Assembly (NCBI GenBank): GCA_021324755.1
Contig: JAJPIL010000023.1
Span: 28,138 to 92,137 of the forward strand
From: Pseudomonadota bacterium
Lineage (GTDB): Bacteria > Desulfobacterota > Binatia > Binatales > Binataceae
Reading direction: 5' to 3'
DNA: 64,000 nt
Positions within the stretch are counted from its first letter, which is position 1; each line of letters starts with the position of its first letter. Positions 57,360 to 64,000 of the stretch are shown piece by piece. The notes under the pieces are model-generated. The model worked only from the letters and a program-made list of their open reading frames with translations, was not told the DNA's origin and ran no database searches. A program made the position numbers and the translations under genes.

Positions 57360-58424
57360 TTATGTCTGGGCCCTTGGATGGGAGCCGGCCCGAGGAGGCG
57401 CCGTATCGCCGTCGACTTTGCGGTTTTGTCCAAAAAGACTTAACGATCCTTGACCGTCTGGCTGTGCTTCGAAAACTGGGCCGGGAGCCTTGGGTCGGCG
57501 CTCTCCGTTAGGAAATCCGTATCGAGATTTGATCTCCTGAAAAACTGTAGCCAATTGCTGGTCGTAAGCCTTTGGCGCATACGCGCTTGAGCTATAAAAC
57601 GAGTCGACCTTTGCCGCCAGATGGGGAAGTTTGCTCCGCACAAAAGGTAAGAAGCGCCTTGCGGCAGCGGGCTTGAGAAACAGCGACCGCCACCACACTT
57701 GCGAAGCGCCGGCTTGGCGCGCCGCGCGGACGACCAGCTCGAGGGCGCTGCGCTGGTCGGTAAGGCCGGGTATTACGGGCATCACCAGGACCTGGCAAAA
57801 AATTCCCTCACGGCTAAGCTCGGCGAGCGCACGCAAGCGTAACGCCGGCCGCGGAGCTCGCGGCTCCAGAATTCGTTGCAGCCTTCGGTCAAGCGTTATC
57901 AGCGAAAAATTTACCGTCAACCGGCAACGGCGGTTAATCGCTTTGAGCAAATCGAGGTCGCGCAAAATAAGATGGGATTTGGTCGTTATCGAAAGTTCGA
58001 GCCCCTGCGTTTGCGCAAAAACCTCCAAAAGTTGTCGCGTAATACGATACGTCCGTTCAGCTGGCTGATAGGGGTCAGTAGCTGTTCCCAGCGCTATCGC
58101 TCCGCCGCACAGCTTCGAGCGAGCAAGAGTTTTTAGCAAAGCTCTTTGTGCCTGCGTTTTTACGAAGATTCGCCGCTCGAAGTCCATCGGGTCTGCCAAA
58201 TCTAGAAACTCGTGCGTATAGCGCGCATAACAGTACACGCATCCGAACTCGCATCCTCGGTAGGGATTTATCGTCCAGTCAAAAGGCAAGCGCTTGTTGG
58301 CGCATCGGTTGACGATCTCCTTTACAGGCATCGCGACGAACTCAACCCCTCGGCCTCGAGACCTAAGGTCGTTGAGCGACGCTTTCTCGGGTATTTCGAG
58401 GGCGGGAAACAGCACAAAAACCAA
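57360..58424 (-). CDS. Radical SAM protein, spore-photoproduct-lyase-like (Rv2578c/PA0069 family)
   Basis: TINPYRGCEFGCVYCYAR (CxxxCxxC), GTATDPYQPAE, ITTKS, LEPRAP....RL, PVIPGLTD. Confidence 0.88.
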   Translation of the reverse strand: MVFVLFPALEIPEKASLNDLRSRGRGVEFVAMPVKEIVNRCANKRLPFDWTINPYRGCEFGCVYCYARYTHEFLDLADPMDFERRIFVKTQAQRALLKTLARSKLCGGAIALGTATDPYQPAERTYRITRQLLEVFAQTQGLELSITTKSHLILRDLDLLKAINRRCRLTVNFSLITLDRRLQRILEPRAPRPALRLRALAELSREGIFCQVLVMPVIPGLTDQRSALELVVRAARQAGASQVWWRSLFLKPAAARRFLPFVRSKLPHLAAKVDSFYSSSAYAPKAYDQQLATVFQEIKSRYGFPNGERRPKAPGPVFEAQPDGQGSLSLFGQNRKVDGDTAPPRAGSHPRAQT

Positions 58425-58594
58425 CCGAGTCGTTTTTGCCTATATTTCGCCAGTAACGCTAAACAGGGTCAAGGCCGCTTGCTGCGAAAAGGTTCTGGCG
58501 AGAGGCTGAGCGCGTTTAAACGGCTTTTGCCTAGCAATCGTGGCGAGGAAGGGATAACCCTCCGAGCCGGCTCGTCCGCCTGTAAAGCTTTTGG

Positions 58595-59620
58595 CTATGC
58601 CAGCACGAGAGCCGAATACGCGGGTGGAAGATTAGCAGTCAGCGACGTAAAAGTTTCACCCCCGTCCTGCGATCGAAGCACCATACCGCGGCTAGTGGTC
58701 GCAAAAAACTCGTCTGGACGCGCTGGATTCTGAACGATAGTCATCACCATCCCGTGCAACGGGTCTTCCTCGAGCTCGACCGTGACGGCCTGAAAACTTT
58801 GCGCGCCGTCGACGCTGCGGAAAAGCCGGGCTCGAGCGCCACCCTCCCTGATCCAGGTTTGCGGCGGTCCGAATCCGGCGGCGGTAAATACCGCGCCTAC
58901 AGGTTGGTTGGTTGCAAGCGTCGGCACGGCATAGCTGCGAACGCATTCCAGAAGAACAGGCGACCAGAGTCGTCCGCCGTTGGTGGAGCGGTAAAATCCG
59001 GCGCCAGTTGCGGCATAGAGCACGTTCGAATCATAAGGCGAGACCGCAATCGAATGGACGTCGAGATTGAGCCCGTTGTTCAACGGCTCGAAGCTGTCGC
59101 TACCTTCTCGCGAGCGGAACACACCGCCGCCTTCCACTGCCACGTAGAAGACCTCAGGCTGGCTAGGGTCGAAGACGATCGCCCTGACGCGCGGCGCAGA
59201 TCCTGCGCAGCCTGGTTCCCATCGCAGCCGGCTTCGTACGTCGCGCAGTCCCAGGCATTCTTCGAACGTTTGCCCCGCGTCGTAACTGCGCAGCAGCCGT
59301 CCCCGAGAGGTTCCAACCAGAAGCCAACCTGGTTCGGAAGGCGAAGCGGCGATTGCCCACACGTCCTCGTCGACGCTGCCGCGGGGCGTGATATCTTCCC
59401 AGCTTTTGCCCCCATCGCGAGAGCGCGACAGCGTGCGCATCGTTCGCGCGTTGCCCAACGCCACGCACTCGTTCGAGCCCGCGTAAATTAGATTCCGATC
59501 GAAGCAATCAGCGGCAAGGCACCACACGGGAGCTGGGTCAGCATGTACCATCAAAGGCACGCGAGCACGCTCCGGGTCGAGCAGCACGATTCCTTTCGAG
59601 CTTCCTACGCATAGCAGCAT
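58595..59620 (-). CDS. BNR/Asp-box beta-propeller protein, no signal peptide
   Basis: Six Asp-box-like repeats (RSRDGGKSW, RSYDAGQTF, RSREGSDSF, RSTNGGRLW, RSVDGAQSF, RSQDGGETF); likely ATG 59620. Confidence 0.82.
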   Translation of the reverse strand: MLLCVGSSKGIVLLDPERARVPLMVHADPAPVWCLAADCFDRNLIYAGSNECVALGNARTMRTLSRSRDGGKSWEDITPRGSVDEDVWAIAASPSEPGWLLVGTSRGRLLRSYDAGQTFEECLGLRDVRSRLRWEPGCAGSAPRVRAIVFDPSQPEVFYVAVEGGGVFRSREGSDSFEPLNNGLNLDVHSIAVSPYDSNVLYAATGAGFYRSTNGGRLWSPVLLECVRSYAVPTLATNQPVGAVFTAAGFGPPQTWIREGGARARLFRSVDGAQSFQAVTVELEEDPLHGMVMTIVQNPARPDEFFATTSRGMVLRSQDGGETFTSLTANLPPAYSALVLA

Positions 59621-60050
59621 GTGGTCGCCGAACCCCCGCCTCTGGCTAAACTTTGAGCTAAATTCCACAATCGCCGAAAACAGCCGGGGCCATCGCTGCT
59701 GTAAACTTGATCCTTCGCATGCATCGAATCGAATGACCCCCAGAAAGCTGGCACAAACCAAAAGCAAGCGTTCTCTCGTCTTGCCAAGGCGAACGTATGA
59801 TACCAACGACGGGCGCGCACGTGCAACGCGTTCTCGCGCTTGGTAAAGAATAGTCACCTTTAGTGGACGAAGCTTCTTTGAGCTTAAGCCGCCAGATAGG
59901 GCAAGCCGGTTGCCGACAGAACGATTCGCCTTTTAGCGAGTCTCTTGGCTTTTCGTAGAAACCTGCGCGGTGGGTACAACCCTTGATGCTTGCGTTATTG
60001 CCTGGAGCTGTTGCGGAGCTTGGGACTCGGGCTTTTCGTCGATTTGTGGG

Positions 60051-60578
60051 TCAATTGGTGCTCTCGTATTGGACTGAATAGGACGATTGAGCAACCGGCT
60101 TTGCTGGTTGCTGCGAAACACACGATTCGAAGCTAGACCGCTGATTCAGGCGTTCCATCGCCACGCGCATCGCCACTGCCGGATCGCCGCCCGCTTTGAC
60201 ATAGATCAACAGGTCGCCTATTGCTGGGTCGTGCTGCCAGTTCCAGAGATCCTCTAGCACCCCGATTGTCGCATCCTTTTCAGACTGCATTCGCTCCAAT
60301 TCGGCTTTGCGCGAACTAAGTTCCTCTTTACTCCTTTCTATCTGGAGGCGCGTCTTTTCTACGTCCAGCGGGCTCGGCTTGGCGACCAGCGCTTTAGCTA
60401 AATCCCACGCCCCTGTAGGTGCAACATCTTGGGCGGTTGTTTCTGCCTCTGTCGCAAATGGGGCGGCAGCGAAAAAGCATCCCTGTATATAAAGGGCCGG
60501 TAAGACGAGCCACACTGCCGAAACAAGTAAACGCGTAAACGAAAAAGCTGGTCTGCATCCTCCCATAGGGTCCTCCAT
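60051..60578 (-). CDS. Hypothetical putative lipoprotein with coiled coil
   Basis: Hydrophobic stretch ending IQGC; central heptad-like segment. Confidence 0.6.
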   Translation of the reverse strand: MEDPMGGCRPAFSFTRLLVSAVWLVLPALYIQGCFFAAAPFATEAETTAQDVAPTGAWDLAKALVAKPSPLDVEKTRLQIERSKEELSSRKAELERMQSEKDATIGVLEDLWNWQHDPAIGDLLIYVKAGGDPAVAMRVAMERLNQRSSFESCVSQQPAKPVAQSSYSVQYESTN

Positions 60579-60642
60579 TTCTAGGAAATTGCTCAGGAGA
60601 ACAGGCGATCGGCGCGTTTAGCGTCGCTGATAGACTGTTTAC

Positions 60643-61563
60643 TCAGGTAAGCCGGTCGCCCACTGCAAGTTCGCCTCGGGCGACTAATTCCTGCGGTGCC
60701 AATTTTTGCTGGTTGGGTTCTATTCGTAGCCGAGTTACTTTGAGAATCGCGCCACTCAAGGCTAGGCGCATTCCATCCGCGTCCACCGAAAGCACGGTAC
60801 CTGGCGCTTCGGAGGGAGCGTCCTTTTCGAGGCTTGGCCCATAAAGTCGAACGCGCTTGCCGTTCATCTCCGCCCACGCGCCGGGCTGCGGATCGCAGCC
60901 GCGCACCAAGTTGTAAACCTGTTGCGCCGGGCGACTAAAATCGATTCGCGCGTGTTCGTCTCGGCACAATGGCTCGTACGTGGCGAGCGACTCGTCCTGG
61001 GGAATCGCGGGTGCCCGTCCGGCCTTGATAAGCTCAACCGACTCGATGATTGCTTCGATCCCTAATGGGAAGAGCCGTTCGAAGTAAAGCGAGCCTGCAG
61101 TATCGGTTTCGTAAATTGGGGCGCGCTTTTGCAGGAGAATAGGCCCAGTGTCGATACCTTGGTCGGGCCAAAAGACGGTTACGCCCGTCTCGGTGTCGCC
61201 CTGGATTATCGCCCAGTTTACCGCGCTGCCGCCCCGATGGCGCGGCAGTAGGGAAGGGTGAAAACAGATCGACTTATGCTTGGGAAGATAGAGAATTCGC
61301 TCCGGAACTATTACCGTGACGTACGCTAAAATTGCCAGGTCGGCATCGAGCGATTTAAAGTGCTCATAGACCTCGTCGGTCTTGAACGATTTGGGCTGGC
61401 TTACTGGAATTTTGAGCTCGATCGCTTTGGCTTTTAGCGGATCGATCTTGCCACCAGGCTTGTCGGGGGGCGTAAACACGCAAACGATTTCCTCTCCGCG
61501 GGCGTGAAGCTCGGTTAAAACTTTTTCGCCGAACGCTGCCTGGCCAATCAACACAATCCGCAA
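60643..61563 (-). CDS. Formyltransferase, Fmt-like / ALDH1L1 N-terminal-domain-like
   Basis: RIVLIGQAAFG, HPSLLPRHRG, DTG, YEP, RGCDPQPGAW; TTG 61563 after GGCGAGGG. Confidence 0.85.
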   Translation of the reverse strand: MRIVLIGQAAFGEKVLTELHARGEEIVCVFTPPDKPGGKIDPLKAKAIELKIPVSQPKSFKTDEVYEHFKSLDADLAILAYVTVIVPERILYLPKHKSICFHPSLLPRHRGGSAVNWAIIQGDTETGVTVFWPDQGIDTGPILLQKRAPIYETDTAGSLYFERLFPLGIEAIIESVELIKAGRAPAIPQDESLATYEPLCRDEHARIDFSRPAQQVYNLVRGCDPQPGAWAEMNGKRVRLYGPSLEKDAPSEAPGTVLSVDADGMRLALSGAILKVTRLRIEPNQQKLAPQELVARGELAVGDRLT

Positions 61564-61714
61564 CGGTCTTACCCTCGCCTTGTTGTTAACTCTTAAGTAA
61601 CTTACCAGAGCCGACTTGCAAGAACCAACTCGTCTTTGCTCCATTAACACTAGGACAGATTCGGCCGTCCTTCGCGCGTGCCCAAAATATCTAATCGAAA
61701 AGAGGGATAAAGAA

Positions 61715-63583
61715 TTGCCTGATAACGCATCTAGGCGTGGGTTACCGGTAAATAGCGTTTGCGCGATCGTCGTTTTGGTCGCGCTTGCTATCTCGTTTCT
61801 GTTCTCGAGTTGGCCAAGCTCATACGCCGCTGGGCCTTCGGGCTCGCGCAAAAGCCGTTTGGTTGTCCTGATGGTATGGGATGGGCTCAGACCCGACTCG
61901 GTGACTCGACGAACCACCCCGGAGCTTTTCGCATTGGCGGCCGAAGGGGTGCGCTTCGACCGCCATCACGCTATCTTCCCCACGTTAACGATGGTCAACG
62001 CGGCCGCGATCGCTACGGGCGTGATGCCGGCACGCAACGGACTTGTCGGCAACGTGATGTACTTTGCTCCTTTTTTTCCGCGGCCTACCTCTCCCGCAGC
62101 TACTGACGATATTCGGCGCGAAGTTCGTTATCCGCTCTTCATCGAAAATTCCTTGTTGCTTGTCCGGCTTAATGGACGCTCGGGTCTTGACGGCCGTCTG
62201 CTTACCGCCGACAGCATCGGCCAGGAGCTCGAGCGCGAGGGAGGCTTTCTTGCGGTAGTTGGCAAACGCGGACCGACGATGATGTTCGACGACCGCGTGG
62301 ATACGGTCAGCGACGGGCGCGATCGTTTCGGGCTTCCCCATGCCGACTATATGTTCGTGGCTTCGGATTTAATCGAGCCTGCGGCTCTGGCCGCTCAGAT
62401 CAAGGAAAGGTTTCCCAGGCACGATCCGACCGAAATCGCTCAAGACGCCGTGGCCACTCAAATCGTGGTGAAATACGCCTTGCCGCGCGCCAAAGCGGCG
62501 CTCGAGGCGGGCAGACCGGCGCTCATTGTGCTGTGGCAGCGAAATCCCGACGCCTCCCAGCATCGCTACGGTCTGGGAACCGCCGCCGCGTTGCGCTCGC
62601 TTGCGGCATGCGACGCCAATCTGGCAGCGCTTAGGCGGGCCATCGCCGAGCTCGGTCTTGCGGACTTGACCGACCTCATCGTGGTCTCAGACCATGGCTT
62701 TGCCACGGTCAAGGCGAGCATCAAACTCGATTCTTTGTTGGTCAGAGCCGGACTTAAGCGCTCGCTCGATAGCGACGATATCGTCGTTGCGGGAAACGGC
62801 GGCTGCGACGAGCTTTTTCTTTCGCGCGAAAGTTTCCCCACGCCCCAGGCGCGCCGTTCTGTGCTGAGTAAAATAGTGGCGCTTATCGCGACGCAAAGCT
62901 GGTGTGGACCCATTTTCAGCCGTCCGGCAAGTCCTCAAGACAGCTCGAGCGCAAGCGGCGCTGTTGCGGGTACCTTCAACCTGGCAAGGTTGGGCCTCTT
63001 CGACCCCGCGCGCTCGCCCGACCTGATCGTCGCTTACAGGGAATTGCCCGAGGTGGACAACTCGCGCCTTACCGGCCCGACGAATCCGGCATTCGTGCTG
63101 GATGGGGAATCGTTCAGAAGCACCGCCAACAACTCGAGCGCGGTCGTCGAGCCCGTAAAAGGCGCGGTTTACAGCGATCTGGCGGGCGATTTTTTCACTA
63201 CCGGAATGGGGATGCATGGCGCGGCGGGACCAAGGGAGCTGCATAATTTCGCGGCGGCGATCGGCCCCGACTTCCGCCGTCATTTTGTCGATAACCTACC
63301 TACCGGTAGCCTCGACCTCGCGCCCACAGTGGCCTACTTGCTCGGGCTCAAGCATCCGTTCGGCTCCACACAGGTCGAATTGCAAGGGCGCGTGCTCAGC
63401 GAAAGTCTGATCGACCACGGATCGGATCCGATTGACATTCGACACTACGACTTGCGAGTGGATCTCGCGCTTCCCAAGGCGCGGGTAAGTAGCCTTTTGC
63501 ACTTAAGCGCGGTGGGGCAGGAGGAGTACGTCGACTCGAGCGATGTCACCGTCACGCCGTCCGCCGGCGCGCCGCGACGCTGA
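61715..63583 (+). CDS. Exported alkaline-phosphatase-superfamily enzyme (nucleotide pyrophosphatase/phosphodiesterase type)
   Basis: Signal/TM segment, WDGLRPD, FPTLT..N (Thr nucleophile), PD..QH, SDHG, GMHG; start uncertain. Confidence 0.85.
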   Translation: MPDNASRRGLPVNSVCAIVVLVALAISFLFSSWPSSYAAGPSGSRKSRLVVLMVWDGLRPDSVTRRTTPELFALAAEGVRFDRHHAIFPTLTMVNAAAIATGVMPARNGLVGNVMYFAPFFPRPTSPAATDDIRREVRYPLFIENSLLLVRLNGRSGLDGRLLTADSIGQELEREGGFLAVVGKRGPTMMFDDRVDTVSDGRDRFGLPHADYMFVASDLIEPAALAAQIKERFPRHDPTEIAQDAVATQIVVKYALPRAKAALEAGRPALIVLWQRNPDASQHRYGLGTAAALRSLAACDANLAALRRAIAELGLADLTDLIVVSDHGFATVKASIKLDSLLVRAGLKRSLDSDDIVVAGNGGCDELFLSRESFPTPQARRSVLSKIVALIATQSWCGPIFSRPASPQDSSSASGAVAGTFNLARLGLFDPARSPDLIVAYRELPEVDNSRLTGPTNPAFVLDGESFRSTANNSSAVVEPVKGAVYSDLAGDFFTTGMGMHGAAGPRELHNFAAAIGPDFRRHFVDNLPTGSLDLAPTVAYLLGLKHPFGSTQVELQGRVLSESLIDHGSDPIDIRHYDLRVDLALPKARVSSLLHLSAVGQEEYVDSSDVTVTPSAGAPRR

Positions 63584-63638
63584 GCTTCTCGGGCGCTACC
63601 CAAGTCGAAAGCCCGCCCGTGGCGCCGTTCGCTCAGCC

Positions 63639-64000
63639 TCAGAATGAATAGCGGATTCGGACGAACGCCTCGTCATTGCCGGCGAACTGCCCGATCACCG
63701 TATCCAACGGCCCGCCGAGCATCAGGCCGCCCACGGTTATGGTGAGGCGGTCGCTGTAGTCGTAGGCAAGCAGCGGCTCGAAGAACCAGTAGCGGGCTTG
63801 CAGGCTGTAAAGGCCGCTGACCGTAAGATGAAGCGTGTTGCGCAAGAACGACTTGCTGATCGTAGGAATTAGTCGCGTCTCGAACTTAGGTTCGATAAGC
63901 CCGGTCTGATTGGTCATTATATTGGATTGGTTGATCTGGAACTCGAAGTACCAGGTCTCGAACGCATAGTCGGCGGCGATTCCCGATTGCACCGCGTCAG
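63639..64000 (-). CDS. C-terminus of an outer-membrane beta-barrel protein (DUF1302-like), truncated by window edge
   Basis: Alternating beta strands, GQF..ND.AFVRIRYSF ending in a terminal Phe. Confidence 0.6.
   Translation of the reverse strand, partial: DAVQSGIAADYAFETWYFEFQINQSNIMTNQTGLIEPKFETRLIPTISKSFLRNTLHLTVSGLYSLQARYWFFEPLLAYDYSDRLTITVGGLMLGGPLDTVIGQFAGNDEAFVRIRYSF

Noticed and set aside
57223..64000. Genomic island at tRNA-Leu
   Set aside because: No integrase, att repeat or obvious compositional shift within the window; an att site beyond the edge cannot be excluded

Overview
Mostly core chromosome of a diderm bacterium of moderately high GC. Gene content and order look deltaproteobacterial or Binatota-like; this is inference only. 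It carries acyl-CoA carboxylase subunits, csp, moaB, a moaD-moaE fusion, ispH, PBP1B, trmI, ffs-dnaX-ybaB-recR, aguBA, tRNA-Ser, leu/ilv and psd-pssA genes, the rho-rpsB-tsf-pyrH-frr-uppS-cdsA-rseP-tsaB cluster, a heme operon with a HemD-HemE fusion, archease-rtcB, ribF, tol-pal, gap-tpiA-secG-tRNA-Leu and a few accessory genes. I saw no CRISPR array, integrase, transposase or prophage. Signals absent from the ORF track or not explained by it: (1) a complete leucine attenuator (26-aa Leu-rich leader plus 1:2, 2:3 and 3:4 helices) upstream of leuA; (2) a tandem pair of small Zn-ribbon genes sharing a basic N-terminal motif, one missed by the track, plus a third orphan Zn-finger gene; (3) a possible structured RNA leader in front of archease-rtcB; (4) a DUF2255-like pseudogene + SDR islet where ilvB usually lies; (5) dxr and pgk absent from their usual clusters; (6) a catalytically degenerate Asd/Usg-like protein and a formyltransferase resembling the ALDH1L1 N-terminal domain. 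All family calls come from motif recognition by eye, not from database searches.
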